Shown: positions 37,596-46,007, counted from the first letter of the stretch. The stretch is DNA of 64,000 bases from a virus (IMGVR_UViG_3300043468_001158), one strand, 5' to 3'. The notes: generated by a model from the letters alone, not told the origin. Numbers and translations are program-made.

Positions 37596-38353
37596 TTTTC
37601 TACTGATAAGCTGGCGTCATCTAGATTTTTGACATAGTTGTCTAACTTATCAAGAAATCCATTATTACGAATAGTTTTCCATGCAAGATTTTCAACACTA
37701 AACTCGCCCGAGTTTTTCTCAAGACCGCTCTGACGTAATCGTTTGATGCGGTCTTTTAGTATCTGCACACTATCACGGTCAGTTACTTTATCATCTATCA
37801 ATGAAGTAATTTGGTCCATGATTTCACCCGCTTTAGACTTTACTGAAGTATCATCATATGTCGGTGGAACCGGATTACCAAACGATGGTTGCTTTATCCA
37901 CTTTTTCTTTCTAACACTGTAAATGCCAGCAGCAACAAGTTTATCGCCTTCAGGTTGTGCGTATAGTTCTACTGGATAACCATGAATTTTGATATCATGA
38001 TCTTTATTCCACAAGTTCTTCTTAGCTTTGAAGCAATCTTCTATGAAACTTCCAGGACAATCTGGACATGCTTTCTTTTCATTGACTATCAAATGCAAAT
38101 CAATGTCTGAAAGTTTTGAATAGTTGAAAGAACAATTCGAACCAGTGATAATGATATCTGATACTGAACTTGATGGGATTGACAAGAATTCGATAAACTC
38201 TTGAGCAATTCTTTCAAGTGCTTCTGCAACTCGTTCATTAAGTTTATTCTGTTCCCATAACTTTGGGTTCAATGTATCATGATATTCAAGATGTGTTTTA
38301 ATTTTAGCATAATCTTGCTTTTCATGAAGATATTGTTTGAAAGAAGTTCCCAC
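37592..38353 (-). CDS. Pol-beta-superfamily nucleotidyltransferase with capsid-targeting-like N-terminus (GTG start)
   Basis: ITGSNCSFNYSKLSDIDLHL, PVELYAQ; N-terminus MGTSFKQYLHE; TATAAATA upstream. Confidence 0.8.
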   Translation of the reverse strand: MGTSFKQYLHEKQDYAKIKTHLEYHDTLNPKLWEQNKLNERVAEALERIAQEFIEFLSIPSSSVSDIIITGSNCSFNYSKLSDIDLHLIVNEKKACPDCPGSFIEDCFKAKKNLWNKDHDIKIHGYPVELYAQPEGDKLVAAGIYSVRKKKWIKQPSFGNPVPPTYDDTSVKSKAGEIMDQITSLIDDKVTDRDSVQILKDRIKRLRQSGLEKNSGEFSVENLAWKTIRNNGFLDKLDNYVKNLDDASLSVEN

Positions 38354-38397
38354 TTGTATTAGTTCTCCACATTGAACATTACTTATAATAGTAATGC

Positions 38398-38405
38398 TAT
38401 TTATA
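38398..38405 (-). promoter_or_regulatory. T4-type late promoter TATAAATA
   Basis: Exact consensus about 45 nt upstream of 38353. Confidence 0.7.
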
Positions 38406-38416
38406 CTATAACTAAT

Positions 38417-38671
38417 TTAGAAATATGAAATCTCATTTGGAACTAATTTAGATTGAATCAATTCATCAAGTTTCTCGATAGCCTCAACAAACTGTTTTGC
38501 TCCAATGTTCCCCTTACTATGAAGGAATTCCCATCTATCATATAAGATGTTCTTTTGTGCAATCAAGTCATCTATTGATAACTCAGGCCACTGTTCGCGA
38601 GGAATGATTGACTTCTTCTCTTGTGTAATGTCAAGTACATCAGGAGGTTGTTGATTTAATAAAGTGTTCAT
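38417..38671 (-). CDS. Small late hypothetical protein
   Basis: ORF preceded by CATAAATA at 38701-38708. Confidence 0.65.
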   Translation of the reverse strand: MNTLLNQQPPDVLDITQEKKSIIPREQWPELSIDDLIAQKNILYDRWEFLHSKGNIGAKQFVEAIEKLDELIQSKLVPNEISYF

Positions 38672-38700
38672 ATGATTATGTAAAGTGTGTAATAATAAAA

Positions 38701-38708
38701 TATTTATG
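38701..38708 (-). promoter_or_regulatory. Late-type promoter CATAAATA
   Basis: About 30 nt upstream of 38671. Confidence 0.5.
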
Positions 38709-38949
38709 AACTACATAAAAGAAGACTATCATCTACATGGGAGAGAAATCTGCATATATATAATACCCTTAGTCTGTCAGTTTTTTCTTCCACATAAATG
38801 TCATAAAAATGACATATTTTAGTATTTCCTCCACATAAGAAAAACATTGTTCAATTAATTTTATAAGTTTTTGAAGAAATCATCATTTTTCTTCAAAAAT
38901 TGCCGAGTGATTAGTCATGGAAAATGATGCATTTGAAAAACAGTATATA

Positions 38950-39006
38950 AATCAATAAGTTACGAAGATAATGATAAATAAAAACAGTAATAAAATCAAC
39001 TACTTA
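38950..39006 (+). promoter_or_regulatory. Two IHF-consensus sites (WATCAANNNNTTR)
   Basis: AATCAATAAGTTA at 38950-38962 and AATCAACTACTTA at 38994-39006, in the largest AT-rich intergenic gap. Confidence 0.5.
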
Positions 39007-39056
39007 GAAAAAGACAAACTTCTGGTTTGTCTAAATATCTACATGTCAAAACACCA

Positions 39057-39085
39057 TTTACATTGCTACATACATAGAGTATAAT
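39057..39085 (+). promoter_or_regulatory. sigma70-type early promoter
   Basis: TTTACA-N17-TATAAT. Confidence 0.75.
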
Positions 39086-39115
39086 TACTTCAATCAATTT
39101 ACATAGAGGATTTTT

Positions 39116-39424
39116 ATGAGTCAAAAAACAGTCTTAGTTCTAAAGTTAGCGAATGGTGATGAAGTTGTTGGCCAACATATCAATGGTCCGCAAGATGTTA
39201 TAACACTTAGACGTCCGTTACGATTGGCACTTGTTCGTGACCCATCAACTGGGCAACCTGGTAAAGCACTGATGGAATGGATAATGTTAGCTCCTGAAAC
39301 TGAAGAAGTGAGTGTGTATGTGAACCAATTGCTTGTTGCACCAATACGAGCTTCTAAAGAACTTGCTGATACTTGGTTGGAACAAACATCAGGTTTCATA
39401 TTGACAACCCAATTGAATGGATAA
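39116..39424 (+). CDS. Sm-like fold protein
   Basis: VLKLANGDEVVG...TLRRPLRL pattern of T4-like-phage Sm-like proteins. Confidence 0.55.
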   Translation: MSQKTVLVLKLANGDEVVGQHINGPQDVITLRRPLRLALVRDPSTGQPGKALMEWIMLAPETEEVSVYVNQLLVAPIRASKELADTWLEQTSGFILTTQLNG

Positions 39425-39426
39425 TC

Positions 39427-39738
39427 ATGTCAAGCCATGACGATGAAGTTTGTTCAATTTGCGGAAGACTTCTTGGGGATGTGATGGTAGATGAACATCA
39501 TCTAATTCCCAAGACTTTCAAAGGTAAAGAAACAATAACACTTCATAAAGTGTGTCATCGAATGATACATGCTACTTTTTCTGAAAGAGAACTTCAAAAG
39601 TACTATCATACAATTGAACGACTTCTTTCAGATGAAAAGATGCAGCGATTTGTTGAATGGGTAAAGAAAAAGCCGTTAGACTTCTACATAAGTATCGATG
39701 ATACTGTTGAACGTAAATCAAAAAGACGAGGAAAATAA
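39427..39738 (+). CDS. Small HNH endonuclease
   Basis: CSICGR...EHHLIPK...LHKVCHRMIH. Confidence 0.85.
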   Translation: MSSHDDEVCSICGRLLGDVMVDEHHLIPKTFKGKETITLHKVCHRMIHATFSERELQKYYHTIERLLSDEKMQRFVEWVKKKPLDFYISIDDTVERKSKRRGK

Positions 39739-39739
39739 A

Positions 39740-40534
39740 ATGGGTGCAATAAAAGGTAAAATCTATAGACCAGCATTAATTGCGGTTCCAAATATTTTGA
39801 CTAGACTCAATGATGATTATCGAGAGCATTGGCCATATAAGATAATTCAAATTGGTCAGGCAAATGTTTATAGTACTCGCCGCGACATATTCTTGAGTAA
39901 GAATATGGATATGATAGGTTTTTCATTTGCGAATGATTCGCATATTTTTGTATATGATAAAAAATCATCTGATGGTAGAGTTGAAATTACAGTAAACAGC
40001 CTAAAATATGTTATCTTTCCTAAGCAATTAGAAAAAGATACTACGTCGGAAACTAAAAGAATCCTTGACCAAGGAATGTCGAGATTTATTCATACTACTT
40101 ATTTGGATTTAGAACAAATCCAAGCACAGACTTCTGTTGAACTGAAGGCAGGTAAATTGTCATTTTCATTAGAAGTCGGTAAAGAATATCAAACTGCTAA
40201 TAACGGTCGTGTCAAACTAATTGCTTTTGAAGATAAAAGCGATTTTGCTACAGAACCAATGTTTATTGGCCTGATAAAACGAAATGATGGAGAACCCACA
40301 AATGTTGCGTATAGATGTGATATCAATGGAAAAACTTTATCTCATGGCGGTAATAGTCATTATGATATTGTTGAACCAAAACGAAGATATAGAGTCTATA
40401 CTTATGCATGGTTAGGATTAGAATCTAAAAAAGTCTATACTTCAAGTGTGATTGATTCAGATGTAATTCCACGTTTTCTTGAAGATAACCCAAGAGTAAA
40501 GTATGAAGTTTCAATTGGGACATTCGAGCTCTAA
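39740..40534 (+). CDS. Hypothetical protein with a C-terminal domain paralogous to 43517
   Basis: KEYQTANNGRVKLI...LSHGGNSHYDIV. Confidence 0.7.
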   Translation: MGAIKGKIYRPALIAVPNILTRLNDDYREHWPYKIIQIGQANVYSTRRDIFLSKNMDMIGFSFANDSHIFVYDKKSSDGRVEITVNSLKYVIFPKQLEKDTTSETKRILDQGMSRFIHTTYLDLEQIQAQTSVELKAGKLSFSLEVGKEYQTANNGRVKLIAFEDKSDFATEPMFIGLIKRNDGEPTNVAYRCDINGKTLSHGGNSHYDIVEPKRRYRVYTYAWLGLESKKVYTSSVIDSDVIPRFLEDNPRVKYEVSIGTFEL

Positions 40535-40538
40535 TCAT

Positions 40539-40796
40539 ATGTCATCTTTTGACGAAATCTTTCAAAATGCTTCTGAAGATAGAGCAGCATATGCAGTGTT
40601 TGCGGTTCAACGATTAGTTCTATTGAACCACTATCTTGCTCAATATGCAAATATTGGCGTCAAATTTTACTGTGATATGACTAACGATGAAGAATGTCAA
40701 TTCTTTATGAATGTTCTGATATATATGCACCAAGAAAAAGTGATGGACTTATCTGACATTCTCCCCTTTATTGACCCAGAAATTTTCTATAAATAG
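40539..40796 (+). CDS. Hypothetical protein
   Basis: Likely start MSSFDEIF. Confidence 0.6.
   Translation: MSSFDEIFQNASEDRAAYAVFAVQRLVLLNHYLAQYANIGVKFYCDMTNDEECQFFMNVLIYMHQEKVMDLSDILPFIDPEIFYK
40788..40795 (+). promoter_or_regulatory. T4-type late promoter TATAAATA upstream of Hsp20
   Basis: Exact consensus, though it overlaps a stop codon. Confidence 0.5.
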
Positions 40797-40913
40797 ATTT
40801 GATAGAACATTGAACAAGGGTTCTTTATTCTGTCAATCACTTAGCTTCTGACTATTGTAGTAGAAGCGAATTTTTAGAAATATCTCAAACGCTTATTATA
40901 AGGAGAGAGAATT

Positions 40914-41372
40914 ATGAGTAACATCAATGCGCCTATTCGTGGCATCCCTACAAACTTTTCAAAACAGTTGTCACAATACCTTGTTGGATTTGATGACATC
41001 TTTGATACATTTGAAAAGGTTTTGAACAAATCTATCAACACCACTCCAAACTTCCCACCACGCAACATCATTCGATTAGATGAAAATCATTTCCGTATTG
41101 AATACGCAGTTGCTGGTTTTGCACGAGAAGATTTGACAGTTAGTGTTGAACGTGAATCGTTGCTTGTCGTAGAAGGCAAGAAAGTCAATAAAACTGAACT
41201 TGACCCTGCTTACTACTTGCATCGTGGAATTGGCTTACGTGATTTTCGTAATGAAATCACTATCCCAGAAGGCTCAGAACTGGCAGTCCAACTTATCAAT
41301 GGATTACTAATCGTTGATGTGTCTAAACCTGTCAAACTTGAACCAGAACCAAAGCTTATTGCAATAGGCTAA
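40914..41372 (+). CDS. ibpA: Small heat-shock protein (Hsp20, IbpA-like)
   Basis: FPPRNII...IEYAVAGF...YLHRGI..RDF...NGLL. Confidence 0.92.
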   Translation: MSNINAPIRGIPTNFSKQLSQYLVGFDDIFDTFEKVLNKSINTTPNFPPRNIIRLDENHFRIEYAVAGFAREDLTVSVERESLLVVEGKKVNKTELDPAYYLHRGIGLRDFRNEITIPEGSELAVQLINGLLIVDVSKPVKLEPEPKLIAIG

Positions 41373-41385
41373 TCGTGTCATAGAG

Positions 41386-41409
41386 ATGGAGGGGAGAAAT
41401 CCCCTCCAT
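41386..41409 (+). terminator. Terminator-like hairpin
   Basis: atggagggg-agaaat-cccctccat. Confidence 0.65.
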
Positions 41410-41439
41410 TCACTCACTTCTTCATGAAATACTCTCTAT

Positions 41440-41652
41440 ATGTCATACAACGTTATTGATGTCGTCAAAGACGAGCTAAAAGGCACTGCAGATAAACTAA
41501 CCAAACAAGAACAAAAACTTCGCCTTGATGTTTGTAATGAATGCGAACATAAGACAAAGCTTACTCGACAATGTGGCCTATGCGGGTGTTTTCTTGACCT
41601 CAAAACGAAATACCGTTCTTCTGAATGCGATGCCGGGAAGTGGTCCATATAG
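41440..41652 (+). CDS. Small Cys-rich (Zn-binding) protein
   Basis: RLDVCNEC...CGLCGCF...ECDAGKW. Confidence 0.75.
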   Translation: MSYNVIDVVKDELKGTADKLTKQEQKLRLDVCNECEHKTKLTRQCGLCGCFLDLKTKYRSSECDAGKWSI

Positions 41653-41700
41653 AGACCATAAAGCATCCTTATGTAAGCGGTATGGACCAAAGTTCAATTC

Positions 41701-41716
41701 TGATAACCAGTTATCA
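41701..41716. promoter_or_regulatory. Palindromic operator-like site TGATAAC-CA-GTTATCA
   Basis: Second copy, again 10 bp upstream of the -35. Confidence 0.65.
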
Positions 41717-41726
41717 CTTCTAACCA

Positions 41727-41755
41727 TTTACATTGCTTCTAAGTCTAGATACAAT
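41727..41755 (+). promoter_or_regulatory. sigma70-type early promoter
   Basis: TTTACA-N17-TACAAT-agaccc. Confidence 0.7.
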
Positions 41756-41788
41756 AGACCCATATTCTGATGAAAGAGGAGAAATACG

Positions 41789-41950
41789 ATGAATGCAGTT
41801 ATGTTTATGATTAGCGCACAAATAGCTATAACTATGGTTGATAAATTTTTTCCACATATGCTCATATGGGCAATTTGGATAATTGTAATTCTTGCATTGG
41901 TCCCGCTTGTACGTTTAGCTCTTGCTACAATAATATGCAAACATTTCTAA
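41789..41950 (+). CDS. Small membrane protein (53 aa)
   Basis: Hand-translated as MNAVMFMISAQIAITMVDKFFPHMLIWAIWIIVILALVPL...; GAGGAG RBS. Confidence 0.6.
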   Translation: MNAVMFMISAQIAITMVDKFFPHMLIWAIWIIVILALVPLVRLALATIICKHF

Positions 41951-42459
41951 GTGAAACAACTTTTAGCGGTTCTGCTGAAGTTCTTGACAAACGTCGGCTC
42001 AATAGTCAGTTCAAAGAAGCTCGTCAAATCATGGACGTTCTTTTTGCTAAACCTCGTGAAGATGGTAAAAAGATTGCATGGCAAAATCATCCTGCTGTGT
42101 TGATGTGGAAAGGACATGAATACTACTTATGGTTGTACATCAAACGAATGAGAGAAGAATGTATCTATCGTGGCATCAAAGTCGAAAAGAACACTGACGC
42201 TGTCAATAAGCATATCCATCTAATTGACTCGCCGGATATGTGTCAAGACCCTCCTTTGTGGTGGTCTGATGAAACATTACGAAATCGAGTGATTATGACT
42301 CATCGTGCTCGACTGTTTGTAAAAGACCCGGTTCATTATGCAAAATATGAACAATGGGTAGAACCCGCTAAAGAACTTGTATGCTGTGTTGGAAAGTGCA
42401 ATTACTTTTGGCCAAGTCATCACGAACGAAATCTTTCTATGGGGAAAGCAAATGTATAA
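41935..42459 (+). CDS. Pyrimidine-dimer DNA glycosylase (DenV)-related / MSMEG_6728-like protein
   Basis: MQTFL...F..SA.VLD..RL..Q..EA.QI...W.NHPAVLMWKG; start reassigned to 41935. Confidence 0.75.
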   Translation: MQTFLSETTFSGSAEVLDKRRLNSQFKEARQIMDVLFAKPREDGKKIAWQNHPAVLMWKGHEYYLWLYIKRMREECIYRGIKVEKNTDAVNKHIHLIDSPDMCQDPPLWWSDETLRNRVIMTHRARLFVKDPVHYAKYEQWVEPAKELVCCVGKCNYFWPSHHERNLSMGKANV

Positions 42460-42868
42460 AGACAACGATGGTAAAGAAGTATTCGAAAAAGGTGATAAAG
42501 TCATTGGCTCAACATGGGATATGTTTGTTGAACAACCTGATGTTAAAGGTATCTTTTCGCACTATGACCCAGACGATAACAAGCCTCATTTATATTCAAA
42601 GAATGACATTGAGATTTCAGTGTATGGACAAACAAGAAAGTTTGACCAAGTTCGAGCTGATAAGACAATGTTCGTGAATGCAAAACAAATCAAACGCTTG
42701 ATTGAACAAATTGAAGCTAATGGTGTTGATTTGGAAACTGTGAATATTCAATTGGCGATACGAATTCCAGGTCATCGAATTGAAATGATTGATGGTGCTC
42801 AAGTCTTTGCTCAATACGCATCGTATGGAGTTCGTGACGAAGGTGTTGTTCTCAAATTAGAAAACTGA
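42452..42868 (+). CDS. Hypothetical protein
   Basis: Likely start MYKDNDG. Confidence 0.6.
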   Translation: MYKDNDGKEVFEKGDKVIGSTWDMFVEQPDVKGIFSHYDPDDNKPHLYSKNDIEISVYGQTRKFDQVRADKTMFVNAKQIKRLIEQIEANGVDLETVNIQLAIRIPGHRIEMIDGAQVFAQYASYGVRDEGVVLKLEN

Positions 42869-42900
42869 TAAGTACTTCACAAAAATTGACATAGTGGCTA

Positions 42901-42928
42901 TTTACATCTAAAGTAGAGAGTTTATAAT
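42901..42928 (+). promoter_or_regulatory. sigma70-type early promoter
   Basis: TTTACA-N16-TATAAT-agacacat. Confidence 0.7.
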
Positions 42929-42977
42929 AGACACATATTCAAACAAACCACACAATGATGAGAGAGAGGAACCTACG

Positions 42978-43391
42978 ATGACTAACCAAATCAAAGAATT
43001 CGACAAACAAAACCTGAAAACCTTACGTAGTGATATTGAAGCTGCATTGGCTGAAGTTGCCAAAAAACATGGTATCACTTTAGGTGTTGGCAACATCTCA
43101 TTTAGAGCTGATTCATTTTCAGCTAAAATCACTGCTGCAACTGTTGCTGAAGGTGATGATAGCGATGGTGTTATGTCTGGTAAACAAATGAAATGGGCTC
43201 AAGACTTCAAATCACATGCTTCGTTATTCGGTATGAAACATACTGACTTAGGTAAAACCGTGACGATTGGTGCTTTTACATATGTGATCGTTGGTGCTCG
43301 CCCAAGAGCAAAACAAAATATAGTATTGCAAAATCCAAATGGCGGCTTCAATGTTCAAGAAGCTTCAGTTGTTGCAAAATTTCTGAAATAA
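42978..43391 (+). CDS. Conserved early phage protein
   Basis: GAGGA RBS; tiling ORF. Confidence 0.75.
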   Translation: MTNQIKEFDKQNLKTLRSDIEAALAEVAKKHGITLGVGNISFRADSFSAKITAATVAEGDDSDGVMSGKQMKWAQDFKSHASLFGMKHTDLGKTVTIGAFTYVIVGARPRAKQNIVLQNPNGGFNVQEASVVAKFLK

Positions 43392-43403
43392 GGAGATAGT
43401 ATT

Positions 43404-43505
43404 ATGGCACCTACAGAAGTCATTATTAGAGTTATTGAATTGGGTGTAATGCTATGCGTCTTTATGGCATTGGTTTTGGTAATAGCTGAAAACGCTACGA
43501 AGTAG
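43404..43505 (+). CDS. 33-aa single-TM peptide
   Basis: AGGAG RBS; MAPTEVIIRVIELGVMLCVFMALVLVIAENATK. Confidence 0.55.
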   Translation: MAPTEVIIRVIELGVMLCVFMALVLVIAENATK

Positions 43506-43516
43506 GAGAAGTTCAA

Positions 43517-44233
43517 ATGAGCAAAGTTATTACAATATATCAAAAGCCTTTAGACAAACCAGTTAGACGTTATCTTCTTGGCAATGGAATATTTACTAAA
43601 TGTATCACATCTATCAAAATTGAAGACGATCATGACAATAAACATTATTCTATAGACAATCTCAATCGAACTTTGTTTATTGACCAAGATGATAAAAGTT
43701 TTTGGTATAAAAATCGTAATGACAACGGTGCATCCAAGTATGCAATAACTAAACCTAAATATGGACGTCCATATCAAACTCTAAATCTCGGTGGTGCAAC
43801 ACCTATTCGGATATATGAAGACGACATCATTATGTTTGAAAACGTTATTCCTTCGCCATTAGGACCTACAATCAAAGGAATTCTATTGAAAGTCGACGAA
43901 GAATACAAGTTGCGAAATGGTATGAGGATGAAGATTGTTGCATGCATATCTGATAAAGATTATACTGATGATGAAGTTTTTGTTGGAGTGTATAAGATTG
44001 ACAGATTGAATACAATTCGTTATAGCAGTTCAGGCACACTGCTTTCACACGGTAATGATAAAAACTATGATATTGTTGATTTGTGGAGAGAACAAGATGT
44101 TTGGATTGTAGTAGTTCCAGTAGCAAGTCCAACTTGTTTCGAATCCAAAACATTTCTGACTAAAGAAGCTGCTGAAAAATATCAAAAACTTCGTGGTGCT
44201 GGTTCTATCACGAAAGTAACTATGGAGAAATAA
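43517..44233 (+). CDS. Hypothetical protein with a domain paralogous to 39740
   Basis: EEYKLRNGMRMKIV...LSHGNDKNYDIV. Confidence 0.7.
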   Translation: MSKVITIYQKPLDKPVRRYLLGNGIFTKCITSIKIEDDHDNKHYSIDNLNRTLFIDQDDKSFWYKNRNDNGASKYAITKPKYGRPYQTLNLGGATPIRIYEDDIIMFENVIPSPLGPTIKGILLKVDEEYKLRNGMRMKIVACISDKDYTDDEVFVGVYKIDRLNTIRYSSSGTLLSHGNDKNYDIVDLWREQDVWIVVVPVASPTCFESKTFLTKEAAEKYQKLRGAGSITKVTMEK

Positions 44234-44235
44234 CA

Positions 44236-45435
44236 ATGAGTAACTTTGAAGTCCTTGTACAAAAAATCTTTATCTCTGAGCATCCAAATGCGGATGCTCT
44301 TGAAATCGGCCACATTGGCGACCCTGAAGGCAATCAAGTTGTATGTCGTAAAGGTCTCTATAAGACTGGCGATTTAGTCGCATACATCGGTGAAAATTCT
44401 GTCGTCCCTGAATGGGTACTGAAGAAGTACGGATTTTGGAACGAAGAAAAAGACAAAGGCTTGCTGGCCGGTTCGAAAGGTGACCGTGTCAAAGCTGTCA
44501 AACTTCGCGATGCTTTTAGTCTCGGGATTTGCATTCCTGTTGTACTAATGGATGATGTTCCTGGTACTAATAACGCATATGCTATTAGCGATGAAGACGG
44601 CGAAGTCTGTATCGTTGAAGAAGGCCAAGATGTTGCCGAAATCTTAGGTGTCACTAAGTATGAGCCACCAATCCCTGTGCATATGTCTGGTGAAGTGTTC
44701 AATGCTGGTCAGGATGTAGGTGTCAATTACGACATTGAAGACCTTGCTAAATATCCACATGTTCTGATTGAAGACGAAGAAGTTCAAATGACTGTCAAGT
44801 TGCACGGTACTAACTGCTCTGTGACTTGTGTGGTTGGCGATGGTCTAAATCGTCATAACATCAATGAATGGACTGAAGTTGGTGCTGGAGCTATTGCTGT
44901 TGGTTCTAAAGGCTTGAGTGCTCAAGGTCTGTTCTTCAAGAACAATGAAGCTAATGCTGGTAATTTGTACTTGAATGGTACTCGTCAATACTGGGAAGCT
45001 ATTACTAACTATGCATTAGTAATGGGTACCGATGGAAACTTTGAATGTATCACTGTCGTTGGCGAAGTCTTTGGTGGTGCTGTTCAAACCGGTTTTGACT
45101 ATGGTCTAAAAGCTCCAGAGTTCCGAGTGTTTGATGTCTATATTGGCTATCGCGGTCGTGGTTTCTGGTTGGACGATAAGGTACTTGATAACTTTTGCAA
45201 TTTGACTGGTATTACTCGAGTGCCTCTTGTGTATCGTGGTCCATACTCTAGAGAGTTAGCACGTAAGCTTGCTAATGACCCTGAAAGTGCATTGCCAAAT
45301 GTCAAGCATGTTCGTGAAGGTGTGGTTATCAAACCTGTTGTAGAACGTCGAGACCCAGTGCTTGGTCGTGTAGTAGTGAAGACTCGTTCTGATGCTTACA
45401 TGACTCGCAAAGGCAATCATACTGATTACAACTGA
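44236..45435 (+). CDS. DRB0094-family RNA ligase
   Basis: N-terminal OB (HPNADALE...GDLVAYI), motif I KLHGTN, VGEVFG, FRVFDV, REGVVIK. Confidence 0.9.
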   Translation: MSNFEVLVQKIFISEHPNADALEIGHIGDPEGNQVVCRKGLYKTGDLVAYIGENSVVPEWVLKKYGFWNEEKDKGLLAGSKGDRVKAVKLRDAFSLGICIPVVLMDDVPGTNNAYAISDEDGEVCIVEEGQDVAEILGVTKYEPPIPVHMSGEVFNAGQDVGVNYDIEDLAKYPHVLIEDEEVQMTVKLHGTNCSVTCVVGDGLNRHNINEWTEVGAGAIAVGSKGLSAQGLFFKNNEANAGNLYLNGTRQYWEAITNYALVMGTDGNFECITVVGEVFGGAVQTGFDYGLKAPEFRVFDVYIGYRGRGFWLDDKVLDNFCNLTGITRVPLVYRGPYSRELARKLANDPESALPNVKHVREGVVIKPVVERRDPVLGRVVVKTRSDAYMTRKGNHTDYN

Positions 45436-45467
45436 TAACCTGATAACAGTATTTGTGTCATCACCTA

Positions 45468-45496
45468 TTTACATTTGTTAGACTTCTAAGTATAAT
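45468..45496 (+). promoter_or_regulatory. sigma70-type early promoter
   Basis: TTTACA-N17-TATAAT-agatacat. Confidence 0.75.
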
Positions 45497-45526
45497 AGAT
45501 ACATAATCTAGTAAAAAGGTGATGAT

Positions 45527-45838
45527 GTGAGTACTCAAAAACATTTGGCAAAAGTAGTTCGACTTGATTGGCGAAAACATCCTAATCATAAAGGACCATA
45601 TTTATGGTATGAAACCCAAGATGGTAGAAAGTTTAGTTGGATAGATTTTAGACCATCTGAATGGCCCGATGCTAAAGTTTATGTTGTGAAAAAATTGAAT
45701 GTCATTAGAGCTAATCAATGGACTTATGAAGTGTATGAAGTTCCAAGACAAGACTTGATTGACATACGATATGGTAATAATTGGAAATGGTTAGGGAAAC
45801 AACGTGGCATGGTTTATGAGGTGAAAAATGTATACTAA
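45527..45838 (+). CDS. Small early hypothetical protein (GTG start)
   Basis: Trp-rich ORF after the promoter. Confidence 0.6.
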   Translation: MSTQKHLAKVVRLDWRKHPNHKGPYLWYETQDGRKFSWIDFRPSEWPDAKVYVVKKLNVIRANQWTYEVYEVPRQDLIDIRYGNNWKWLGKQRGMVYEVKNVY

Positions 45839-46007
45839 ACTTTCAAAAGGCGATAAAGTTTCATTTCGTATTAGTGATTCATTTGGTGATGCAATCAAGG
45901 TTGGAACAGTCACTGGATTTACTAATAAGAAAGTCCGCGTAAGTTTTTCTCATTGCGGATTTGCACACGATAAACTAATGTTTGAACGGAACTTGACACC
46001 TCTATAG
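45828..46007 (+). CDS. 59-aa SH3/KOW-like small protein
   Basis: Hand-translated as MYTKLSKGDKVSFRISDSFGDAIKVGTVTGFTNKKVRV...; GAGGTG RBS. Confidence 0.6.
   Translation: MYTKLSKGDKVSFRISDSFGDAIKVGTVTGFTNKKVRVSFSHCGFAHDKLMFERNLTPL

Noticed and set aside
38786-38836. tcttccaca / tcctccaca as DnaA boxes
   Set aside because: They match TTWTNCACA at only 8/9 and 7/9 in an AT-rich context, which is not enough.
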